From: Eledone cirrhosa
Taxonomy: Eukaryota
Direction: 5' to 3'
Assembly: GCA_964016885.1 (NCBI GenBank)
Contig: CAXHJY010001605.1
Coordinates: forward strand, 1-64,000
DNA length: 64,000 bases
Shown here: one piece after another, positions 30,525 through 42,210 of the stretch
How the letters are laid out: each line of letters opens with the position of its first letter
Numbering within the stretch: the first letter of the stretch is position 1
Position numbers and translations under genes: made by a program
The notes under the pieces: generated by a model
Told to the model about the DNA's origin: nothing
Database searches by the model: none
Seen by the model: the letters and a program-made list of their open reading frames with translations, nothing else

Positions 30525-30671
30525 CAATATAGACAGTTTTATAGATAAATAGATTTGACATACCGTTCAACATCGACTTGTATTTGAAAAAGTTGATTTG
30601 GCAGTTTTTCAAATACAAGTCGATGTTGAACGGTATGTCAAATCTATTTATCTATAAAACTGTCTATATTG

Positions 30672-30737
30672 TATTTTGTCTGAGGAAGGCATAACATATT
30701 GTTAATATGATATCCCTGAAATATATATAATGAAATA
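30672..30737 (+). ncRNA. Type I hammerhead ribozyme (CTGAGGA core)
   Basis: TATTTTGT-CTGAGGA(30680-30686)-AGG C ATAACATATT(GTT)AATATGATAT C CCT-GAAA(30718-30721)-TATATA-TA^-ATGAAATA, plus distal helix TATAAAAC/GTTTTATA. Confidence 0.88.
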
Positions 30738-31014
30738 AATATGGTTTTATAAATATAGTTTCCATTTATTTAATATCGTAAATATACTCCAAATACTTGT
30801 TGAGTGCTTTTATATCAGTTATAAATATTTACTAGTTGTAACCCAACAATTTAAATATAACTTTCCATATATATATATATATATATTTTTGTTTTTGTAT
30901 ATATATATATATATATATATCATTCCTCTACAAAAAAACACATCCCCCCCCCCCCTCCTTATTGCATCTCTGCCCTCTCCCTCCCTCTCCCCGTCACTCT
31001 CTCTCCCACGCAAA

Positions 31015-31510
31015 TGGTTGTGGTGGTGGTGGGGTTGGGGTTGAGGTGGAGTGAGGCGGTGGTGGTGTGAGGCGGTGGTGGTGTGAGGTGGTGGTGGTGT
31101 GAGGTGGTGGTGGAGTGAGGTGGTGGTGGTTAGTGGTGGTGTGAGGTGGTGGTGGAGTGAGGTGGTGGTGGTTAGTGGTGGAGTGTCGTGGTGGTGGGAT
31201 GAGGTGGTGGCGGTGGGAGGTGGTAGTATGAGGTGGTGGTGGTATGATGTGGTGGTGGTGGGAGGTAGTGGTGGGGGTGGGGTGGTGGTGGTGGTGGGAG
31301 GTAGTGGTGGTGGTGGGGTGGTGGTGGTGGTGGGAGGTAGTTGTGGTGGTGGGAGGTAGTGATGGTGGTGGGAGGTAGTTGTGGTGGTGGTGGGAGGTGG
31401 TGGTGGGAGGTGGTGGTGGTGGTGGGAGGTGGTGGTGGGAGGTGGTGGTGGTGGTGGGAGGTGGTGGTGGGAGGTGGTGGTGGGAGGTGGTGGTGTGAGG
31501 TGGTGGCGTT
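31015..31510. repeat. (GGT/GGA)n tract
   Basis: Direct reading. Confidence 0.95.
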
Positions 31511-31549
31511 AGTTGGGAGTGTGATGTAATGATTTTCTGATTTCACACT

Positions 31550-33668
31550 TTGTATACATGTGTATGTATGTTTGTGTATGTATGTGTGTATGTATGTTTG
31601 TGTATGTATGTGTGTATGTATGTGTGTATGTATGTGTTTGTGCATGTATGTGTGTATGTATGTATGTTTGTGTATGTATGTGTGTATGTATGTGTTTGTG
31701 TATGTGTTTGTGCATGTATGTGTGTATGTATGTTTGTGTATGTATGTGTGTATGTATGTGTTTGTGCATGTATGTGTGTATGTATGTGTTTGTGTATGTA
31801 TGTGTGTATGTATGTGTTTGTGTATGTATGTGTGTATGTATGTGTTTGTGTATGTATGTGTGTATGTATGTGTGTATGTATGTGTTTGTGTATGTATGTG
31901 TGTATGTATGTGTGTGTGTATGTGTTTGTGTATGTATGTGTGTATGTATGTGTTTGTGTATGTATGTGTGTATGTATGTGTTTGTGTATGTATGTGTGTA
32001 TGTATGTGTGTATGTATGTGTGTGTGTGTGTATGTATGTAAATGTATGTGTCTATGTGAACGTGAGGAAGTGTGTGTATGTGTGATTGTGACAGTGTGTA
32101 CATGTGTCTGTGTGTCTGTGGTGTGTGTCTGTGTATCTGTTTGCGTGTGTGCGTGTGCTTGTATATGTGTGTGTGCTTGTATATGCATGTATCAGTGTGT
32201 CTGTACATGTGTGTGTGTACATGTGTGTCTGTACATGTGTGTACATGTGTGTGTGTACATGTGTGTGTGTACATGTGTGTGTGTGTGTACATGTGTGTGT
32301 GTACATGTGTGTGTGTGTACATGTGTGTGTACATGTGTGTGTGGTGTACATGTGTGTGTGTACATGTGTGTATGTAAATGTGTGTGTGTACATGTGTGTG
32401 TGTACATGTGTGTGTACATGTGTGTGTACATGTATGTGTGTACATGTGTGTGTGTGTGTGTACATGTGTCTGTGTGTACATGTGTGTACGTACATGTGTG
32501 TGTGTACATGTGTGTGTGTACATGTGTGTGTACACATGTGTGTGTGTACATGTGTGTGTGTACATGTGTGTGGTGTACATGTGTGTGTACATGTGTGTGT
32601 GGTGTACATGTATGTGGTGTACATGTGTGTGTGTGTGGTGTACATGTGTGTGCGGTGTACATGTGTGTGTGTACATGTGTGTGGTGTACATGTGTGTGTA
32701 CATGTGAGTGTGGTGTACATGTGTGTGTGGTGTACATGTGTGTGGTGTACATGTGTATGTGTGTGGTGTACATGTGTGTGCTGTGTACATGTGTGTGGTG
32801 TACATGTGTGTGTACATGTGTGTGTGTTGTACATGTGTGTGTGGTGTACATGTGTGTGGTGTACATGTGTATGCACATGTGTGTGTGTGGTGTACATGTG
32901 TGTGCGGTGTACATGTGTATGTACATGTGTGTGTGTGTACATGTGTATGTACATGTGTGTGTGTGTACATGTGTGTGTACATGTGTGTGTGGTGTACATG
33001 TGTGTGTACATGTGTGTGTACATGTGTGTGTACATGTGTGTGTGTGTGTACATGTGTGTGTGTACATGTGTGTGTGTACATGTGTGTGTGTACATGTGTG
33101 TGTACATGTGTGTGTGGTGTACATGTGTGTGTGTGTGTGTGTGTGGTGTACATGTGTGTGTACATGTGTGTGTGTACATGTGTGTGTGTGTGGTGTACAT
33201 GTGTGTGTGTGTGTGTGGTGTACATGTGTGTGTACATGTGTGTGTGTACATGTGTGTGTGTGTGTGTACATGTGTGTGTGTGTACATGTGTGTGTGTACA
33301 TGTGTGTGTGTGTACACGTGTGTGTACATGTGTGTGTGGTGTACATGTGTGTGTACATGTGTGTGTGTGTGTACATGTGTGTGTGTACATGTGTGTGTAC
33401 ATGTGTGTGTGTACATGTGTGTGTGTGTGTACATGTGTGTGTGTGTGTACATGTGTGTGTGGTGTACATGTGTGTGTGTGTGTGTGTGTGTGTGGTGTAC
33501 ATGTGTGTGTGTGTGTGTGGTGTACATGTGTGTGTACATGTGTGTGTGGTGTACATGTGGGTGTGTGTACATGTGTGTGTACATGTGTGTGTGGTGTACA
33601 TGTGTGTGTGTGTGTGTGTGTGTGTACATGTGGGTGTGTGTACATGTGTGTGTGTGTGTGTGTGTGTG
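31550..33668. repeat. (TG)n/(TATG)n followed by TGTACA(TG)n compound satellite
   Basis: Direct reading. Confidence 0.97.
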
Positions 33669-33774
33669 CATGAGAGGTATGGCTACTGTACATTGTTGAT
33701 GCTCATTGCATGCCTGCATGCTGGTTTGCTAGACGTTGCCATGACGATTTGCGAGGTCACGCATCTCACTAGCA

Positions 33775-35345
33775 TCACCACCACCACTACCACTACCACA
33801 ACTATCACTATTACCACTACCACCACCACTATCACCACTGCTACCACTATTACCACTACTACCACCACCACCACTATAACCACCACTATCACTACTACCA
33901 CTACCACCACCACCACTATCACCACTACTACCACCACCACCACTATCACCGCTACTACCACCACCACCACTATCACCACCACTACCACCACCACTATCAC
34001 TATTACCACTACCACTACTACCACCACCACTACCACTATCACCACTATCACCACTATCAACACTACTACCACCACCACCACTATCACCGCTACTACCACC
34101 ACCACCACTATCACCACCACTATCACCACTACTACCACCACCACTATCACTATTACCACTACCACCACCACTTCTACCACCACCACTACCACTATCACCA
34201 CTACTACCACCACGACTATCACTATTACCACTACCACCACCACTACTACCACCACCACTACCACCACCACCACTACCACCACCACTACCACTATCACCAC
34301 TACTACCACCACCACTATCACTATTACCACTACCACCACCACTTCTACCACCACCACTACCACTATCACCACTACTACCACCACGACTATCACTATTACC
34401 ACTACCACCACCACTACTACCACCACCACTACCACCACCACCACTACCACCACCACTACCACTATCACCACTACTACCACCACCACTATCACTATTACCA
34501 CTACCACCACCACTTCTACCACCACCACCACCACTATCACCACTACTACCACCACGACTATCACTATTACCACTACCACCACCACTACTACCACCACCAC
34601 TACCACCACCACCACTACCACCACCACTACCACTATCACCACTACTACCACCACCACTATCACTATTACCACTACCACCACCACTTCTACCACCACCACC
34701 ACCACTATCACCACTACTACCACCACGACTATCACTATTACCACTACCACCACCACTACTACCACCACCACTACCACCACCACCACTACCACCACCACTA
34801 CCACTATCACCACTACTACCACCACCACTATCACCACTACTACCACCACCACTATCACCACTACCACCACCACCACTATCACTATTACCACTATCACCAC
34901 CACCACCACCACTACTACCACCACCACTATCACTATTACCACCACCACTACCACCACCAGCACCACTATCACCACCACTACCACCACCACTATCACCACC
35001 ACTATCACCACTACTACCACCACCACTATTACCACCACTATCACCACCACTATCACTACCACCACCACCACTACTATCATCACCACTACCACCACCACCA
35101 CTATCACCACTACTACCACCACCACTATTACCACCACTATCACCACTGCCACCACCACTACTACCACCACCACTATTACCACCACCACCACCACCACTAT
35201 CACCACCACTATCACCACTACTATCACTACCACTGCCACCACCACCATCATCACTATTACCACCTCCACCACCACCACTATTACCACCACCACCACCACC
35301 ACTATTACCACCACCACCACCACCACCATAGCCATCACTATCACA
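33775..35345. repeat. (ACC/ACT/ATC)n trinucleotide tract with ~120-bp higher-order repeats
   Basis: The marker ACTTCT recurs at ~34170, 34341, 34512 and 34683, i.e. about 171-bp spacing. Confidence 0.9.
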
Positions 35346-35489
35346 ATCATGATTACAATCCTAATTATCATCACCTAAATATAGATAGACGAATAAATAA
35401 ATATATATATATATATCCTTCATCATTTCATTATATACACACACATATATATATATATACATACATATATATGTATGTATATATCACTG

Positions 35490-35538
<49 letters not shown>

Positions 35539-35544
<6 letters not shown>

Positions 35545-35737
35545 ATATAAAATAAATGGAAACTATATTTATAAAACCATATTTATGTGTGTGTACATTT
35601 ATAGTGTGTAAATATAGTTTCCATTTATTTAATATCATTGTATATTATACTCCAGAAAAACTTGTAGAGTGCTTCGAATCAGTTATAAACATTTATATTT
35701 GTTGAATTACCAACACATTGAATATCCCTTCTGCTTA
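35539..35737 (+). mobile_element. Family A tail with short fold-back and no ribozyme core
   Basis: AATGATAT..AATAAATGGAAACTATATTTA is inverted to 35608-35640; TACTCC..GTAGAGTGCTT follows. Confidence 0.75.
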
Positions 35738-35744
35738 TCATCAT

Positions 35745-36084
35745 TTTCATCATCATTTCATTTTACGTCCGCTTTTTCCCTGCTTGCAAGGGTGGGACGG
35801 GAACTGATTCTGGCTTGATTTCTACAGCTGGATGCCCTTCCTAACACCAACCTCATTTACAGTGAGTGCTGGGTGCTTTTTTGCCGTGGCACCTACACAA
35901 CCACTTTACAGTGGAATGATATGGACCCCAGTCCCTATCATCTCATTTCTACAGCTGAGTAAACTGGAGCAATGTGAAATAAAGTGTCTTGCTCAAGGAA
36001 ACAACACATCGCCTGGTCTGAGAATTGAACTCACAATCTTTCGATTGCAAGGCCAATGCTCTAACCACTAAGCCATGTGCCTCC
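35745..36084 (-). mobile_element. SINE-A, full length
   Basis: Reverse complement of SINE-A. Confidence 0.92.
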
Positions 36085-36095
36085 ATTATTATATA

Positions 36096-36129
<34 letters not shown>

Positions 36130-36130
<1 letters not shown>

Positions 36131-36361
36131 ACGAAGGAATTGTGGTAAGGAACCAGATGGACCATAACGCACCAAAGTACTCAATACTTAGGGTAGTAGA
36201 GTGGGTAATAGGAACAAGTATGACCCCGACGGCAGAGCTCAAGCCGTTTCGACGGCTATTTTAGTCCAGAAATAGCCGTCGAAACGGTCTAATATTTTCC
36301 TATTACCCACTCTACTACCCTAAGTATTGAGTACTCTGGTGCGTTACCATACCTCCTTCAT

Positions 36362-36362
<1 letters not shown>
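36130..36362. mobile_element. Family D fold-back element pivoting in hammerhead stem II
   Basis: CCGTTTCGACGGCTATTT-TAGTCCAG-AAATAGCCGTCGAAACGG; both arms carry the TATTGAGTACT tail. Confidence 0.8.
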
Positions 36363-36409
<47 letters not shown>

Positions 36410-36425
36410 TAAAATAACAGATTAA

Positions 36426-36476
36426 AGTTTAAGCAAAGAATCGCTGCTTTCACCCTTAACAGGATCTTCTGAAACT
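36426..36476 (-). ncRNA. Hammerhead-like ribozyme with CAGAAGA core (family E)
   Basis: Minus strand: AGTTT-CAGAAGA-TCCT(GTTAA)GGGT-GAAA-GCAG(CGATTCT)TTGC-TT^-AAACT, with AATAAA downstream. Confidence 0.6.
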
Positions 36477-36555
36477 AACAAAGTCAATCTGTAAACGCAG
36501 AAGTGAATATTTCAAAAAACGTTGCAACCGGAGGAAGACAGGAAGACGATACTTT

Positions 36556-36836
36556 GGTTCGTAGAAAAGTTCCCTGGCAAAGAACGGGAAAAAACGAATA
36601 TAATACGTCATTAATAGGAGCGGTGAAAAACAATTACTCGCAAAGACACCACGTTTATGGTATAAAAGAAGTTGTAGACTAATATTCTATTAGGTGGTTC
36701 ATAGAGAAGTTCTCTGGCAATGAATGGAAAAAACGAAGATAATACGTCATATGTGGAGCGTGGAGAACAATAGCACGCAAAGACAAAACCACGTAAATGG
36801 TATAGCAGAAGTCGTAGACTAGAATTCTAACTAGGA
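36556..36836. repeat. Diverged ~139-bp tandem dimer upstream of the family E ribozyme
   Basis: GGTTCGTAGAAAAGTTCCCTGGCAA... versus GGTTCATAGAGAAGTTCTCTGGCAA... Confidence 0.8.
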
Positions 36837-37004
36837 AACCGAATGATTCTCGGCTTCAGAGTAAAGAATAAAGTAAATAAAATACAGAGGTAATTGAAAT
36901 AAATAAATACATACATGCATACATAAACATACATACACAAGCATACGCGAAAACACTCGCCATAGGTACACAAATACACGCACGTACACAAAAGAAAGAA
37001 AAAA

Positions 37005-37154
37005 AACCCACGGCAAAAAAAAAGCACCCACCACTCACTGTAAATGAGGTTGGTGTTAGGAAGGGCATCCAGCTGTAGAAATCAAGCCAGAATCAGTTCC
37101 CGTCCCACCCTTGCAAGCAGGGAAAAAGCGAATGTAAAATGAAATGATGAAATG

Positions 37155-37156
<2 letters not shown>
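37005..37156 (+). mobile_element. SINE-A 3' half
   Basis: CCACGGCAAAAAA..GCACCC through the tail. Confidence 0.85.
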
Positions 37157-37191
<35 letters not shown>

Positions 37192-37226
37192 TCATTTCAT
37201 AATTTCATTTTACATATATATATATA

Positions 37227-39277
37227 TGTGAGGTAAAGCCTTTACTGTGAAAATACAATAGTATATACAGAGTAATATAAATGTTATGTGAGATATTATG
37301 TGAGGTAAAGCCTTTACTGTGAAAATACAATAGTATATATAGAGTAATGTAAATGTTATGTGAGATATTATGTGAGGTAAAGCCTTTACTGTGAAAATAC
37401 TATAGTATATATAGAGTAATGTAAATGGTATGTGAGATATTATGTGAGGTAAAGCCTTTACTGTGAAAATACTATAGTATATACAGAGTAATATAAATGC
37501 TATGTGAGATATTATGTGAGGTAAAGCCTTTACTGTGATAATATAATAGTATATACAGAGTAATATAAATGTTATGTGAGATATTATGTGAGGTAAAGCC
37601 TTTACTGTGATAATACAATAGTATATACAGAGTAATATAAATGTTATGTGAGATATTATGTGAGGTAAAGCCTTTACTGTGATAATACAATAGTATATAC
37701 AGAGTAATATAAATGTTATGTGAGATATTATGTGAGGTAAAGCCTTTACTGTGATAATACAATAGTATATACAGAGTAATATAAATGTTATGTGAGATAT
37801 TATGTGAGGTAAAGCCTTTACTGTGATAATATAATAGTATATACAGAGTAATATAAATGTTATGTGAGATATTATGTGAGGTAAAGGCTTTACTGTGATA
37901 ATACTATAGTATATACAGAGTAATATAAATGTTATGTGAGATATTATGTGAGGTAAAGCCTTTACTGTGATAATACAATAGTATATACAGAGTAATATAA
38001 ATGTTATGTGAGATATTATGTGAGGTAAAGGCTTTACTGTGATAATACTATAGTATATACAGAGTAATATAAATGTTATGTGAGATATTATGTGAGGTAA
38101 AGGCTTTACTGTGATAATACTATAGTATATACAGAGTAATATAAATGTTATGTGAGATATTATGTGAGGTAAAGGCTTTACTGTGATAATACTATAGTAT
38201 ATATAGAGTAATGTAAATGTTATGTGAGATATTATGTGAGGTAAAGGCTTTACTGTGATAATACTATAGTATATACAGAGTAATATAAATGTTATGTGAG
38301 ATATTATGTGAGGTAAAGCCTTTACTGTGATAATACAATAGTATATATAGAGTAATGTAAATGTTATGTGAGGTATTATGTGAGGTAAAGGCTTTACTGT
38401 GATAATACAATAGTATATATAGAGTAATGTAAATGTTATGTGAGATATTATGTGAGGTAAAGACTTTACTGTGAAAATACAATAGTATATATAGAGTAAT
38501 GTAAATGTTATGTGAGATATTATGTGAGGTAAAGCCTTTACTGTGACAATACAATAGTATATATAGAGTAATGTAAATGTTATGTGAGATATTATGTGAG
38601 GTAAAGCCTTTACTATGATAATATAATAGTATATATAGAGTAATGTAAATGTTATGTGAGATATTATGTGAGGTAAAGCCTTTACTGTGAAAATACAATA
38701 GTATATATAGAGTAATGTAAATGTTATGTGAGATATTATGTGAGGTAAAGCCTTTACTATGATAATATAATAGTATATATAGAGTAATGTAAATGTTATG
38801 TGAGATATTATGTGAGGTAAAGCCTTTACTGTGAAAATACAATAGTATATATAGAGTAATGTAAATGTTATGTGAGATATTATGTGAGGTAAAGCCTTTA
38901 CTATGATAATATAATAGTATATATAGAGTAATGTAAATGTTATGTGAGATATTATGTGAGGTAAAGCCTTTACTGTGAAAATACAATAGTATATATAGAG
39001 TAATGTAAATGTTATGTGAGATATTATGTGAGGTAAAGACTTTACTGTGACAATACAATAGTATATATAGAGTAATGTAAATGTTATGTGAGATATTATG
39101 TGAGGTAAAGCCTTTACTGTGATAATACTATAGTATATATAGAGTAATGTAAATGTTATGCGAGATATTATGTAAGGTAAAGCCTTTACTGTGATAATAC
39201 AATAGTATATATAGAGTAATGTAAATGTTATGTGAGGTATTATGTGAGGTAAAGGCTTTACTGTGATAATACAATAC
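37227..39277. repeat. 72-bp AT-rich minisatellite, ~28 copies
   Basis: Unit TGTGAGGTAAAGCCTTTACTGTGATAATACAATAGTATATACAGAGTAATATAAATGTTATGTGAGATATTA. Confidence 0.97.
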
Positions 39278-39822
39278 ACTCACTCATATATATATATATA
39301 TATACACATATATTCACACACACACATATATTCACACACACACATATATATATACACACATATTCACACACACACACATACATATTTACACACACCACAT
39401 ATATATATTTACACACACATATATATATATATAAAGTTCTGACACTTTTCAATTATAGCAGTTATAGTCCATCTTGTATTGTATTCCACAGACCACACAT
39501 GTATCCTTCACTTAATTCTCAGGGAGATTCAGCATGACACAGTATGTGTGACAAGGCTACCAGTTTCAACTACAGCTGTAATAGTCATTAAGCAGGCTTC
39601 CCTACCCGGCTCGAGCTGGTGGGGCTGGATCGAGGGGACGGCAAAAGGCCAGATGACCATCTTCCCGTTCCGCGTTGGCAAACCCTCGTCCGGGATGCCA
39701 CTTGCACCGACACTTTCTGCAGCCGCAACCTGGTGCAGTCTGCGACCGACCCGGGGTCTGCTGCACATCGGGCTGAGGGGTCCAAACTCCTCAAATAGAT
39801 GTTAAACGACGATGATGATGGT

Positions 39823-39856
<34 letters not shown>

Positions 39857-39874
39857 ATATACATATATATATAT

Positions 39875-40187
39875 GGAGGTACATGGCTTAGTGGATAGAG
39901 CATTGGCCTTGCAATCGAAAGGTTGTGAGTTCAATTCTCAGACCGGGTGATGTGTTGTTTCCTTGAGCAAGACACTTTATTTCACATTGCTCCAGTTTAC
40001 TCAGCTGTAGAAATGAGATGATAGGGACTGGGGTCCATATCATTCCACTGCAAAGTGGTCGTGGAGGTGCCACGGCAAAAAAGCACCCAGCACTCACTGT
40101 AAATGAGGTTGGTGTTAGGAAGGGCATCCAGCTGTAGAGATCAAGCCAGAATCAGTTCCCGTCAAAATGAAATGATGAAATGATGAT
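39875..40187 (+). mobile_element. SINE-A with deletion in the tail
   Basis: Homology to 20675-21011. Confidence 0.9.
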
Positions 40188-40353
40188 ATATATATATATA
40201 TAAATACATAATCGGAGAGAGCTAAAAGCGATACTCCGGCCAAATTCCAACTCGCTCAACAAACATTAGGAAATACCTGAGTATATTCCCAATTAAACGT
40301 TTGGGGGTGCTAACTATATTGTTTTGTGTGGATAATTGGCTGTATTATTTCAT

Positions 40354-41020
40354 GGCGGTGGATTGGCAGTATCGGTAGAGGGTCGGACGCCATGCTTTGT
40401 AGCACAGTTACGTCCCTTTACGGACTGAGTTCAAATCCCGCTGAGGTTAACTTTGCCTTTCATCCTTACGGGGGTCGATAAAATAAAGTACCAGTAATAC
40501 ACTGGCGTAATTGCTGGCCTTGTGCCAAAAGTAGAAACAATTATTACGGGGGTCGATAAAATAAAGTACCAGTAATACACTGGCGTAATTGCTGGCCTTG
40601 TGCCAAAAGAAGAAACAATTATTACGGGGTCGATAAAATAAAGTACCAGTAATACACTGGGATAATTGCTGGCCTTGTGCCAAAAGTAGAAACAATTATT
40701 ACGGGGTCAATAAAATAAAGTACCAGTAATACACTGGGATAATTGCTGGCCTTGTGCCAAAAGTAGATACAATTATTACGGTGTCGATCGATAAAATAAA
40801 GTACCAGTAATACACTGGCGTAATTGCTGGCCTTGTGCCAAAAGTAGAAACAATTATTACGGGATCGATCGATAAAATAAAGTACCAGTAATACACTGGG
40901 GTAATTGCCGGCCTTGTGCCAAAAGTAGATACAATTATTACGGGGTCGACCGATAAAATAAAGTACCAGTAATACACTGGCGTAATTGCTGGCCTTGTGC
41001 CAAAAATTAGAAACAACTAT
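40354..41020 (+). mobile_element. SINE-B with 7 tandem copies of its ~77-81 bp 3' region
   Basis: tRNA-like head (TGGCAGTATCGG; GAGTTCAAATCC) followed by repeats of TACGGGGTCGATAAAATAAAGTACCAG...GTAGAAACAATTAT. Confidence 0.9.
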
Positions 41021-41500
41021 TTCATATGATGAGATATACATATATACATAAGTTGGTACCACAACATCCAGTCCAAACTTGGCCAAGATGTGATGTGGTG
41101 AGATCAAACCTCTGGATAGGACTTAACCACTTCTTAACGATTTAGCCAAACACACACACAGCCAACTAGTTACACATGCTTTGCGTGCAGCCAGCCAACC
41201 TACCTGCCTGCCAACCAGCCAATAAGCATGCTTTCCTAACAGCCTGCTTGCTTGCCTAGCGACCTGCCTGCTTGCCTAACGACCGACCAAGCAGGTGGCC
41301 TGCCATGCATCCAGCCTGTGTGCAGCCTGGCTGCATGGCAGGCACGCAGGCGTGCGTGCAGGCGTGCAGGCAGTCACGCAGGCAGGCGTTATATTAAAAT
41401 TGCGTGTGGATTGAATTTGGATCCGACCAGTGCTCTGTTATGTTACTGTGATGCATTGCACAGCGGAGTGCTGCAACAGCGCTCCGCTGCCTAAGATAGC

Positions 41501-41504
<4 letters not shown>

Positions 41505-41555
<51 letters not shown>

Positions 41556-41564
41556 CAGACACAC

Positions 41565-41595
<31 letters not shown>

Positions 41596-41607
41596 CAGAT
41601 AGGAAGG

Positions 41608-41643
<36 letters not shown>

Positions 41644-41684
41644 CATATATACAGACACACACACATATATATATATATATACAG

Positions 41685-41715
<31 letters not shown>

Positions 41716-41718
41716 CAG

Positions 41719-41749
<31 letters not shown>

Positions 41750-41883
41750 CAGACACACACACACACATATATATATAATATATATACAGAGACACACACA
41801 CAGATAGGAAGGCACACACACACACATACACACATATATATATATATATATATACAGACACACATATATATATATATATATAG

Positions 41884-41962
<79 letters not shown>

Positions 41963-41965
41963 CAG

Positions 41966-41996
<31 letters not shown>

Positions 41997-42159
41997 CAGA
42001 CACACACACACATATATATATATATATACAGACACACACACATATATATATATATATACAGACACACACACATATATATATATACAGACACACACACACA
42101 CTGATACACAGGCTTCAAGGCACAAACACACACACACACACACAGCCTAAGAAATTCAG

Positions 42160-42210
<51 letters not shown>

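Larger units (their letters stand above)
30417..30867. mobile_element. Fold-back hammerhead element (family A); near-perfect ~360-bp palindrome centred at ~30598
   Basis: Arms ~30417-30592 and ~30604-30780 appear identical in reverse complement; tail carries GTTGAGTGCTT at ~30799. Confidence 0.9.

Noticed and set aside
31560-35378. 1272-aa ORF with Cys/Val repeats and a mucin-like poly-Thr tract
   Set aside because: It is a run of (TG)n and (ACC)n repeats, open on both strands, with no signal peptide or splice evidence.
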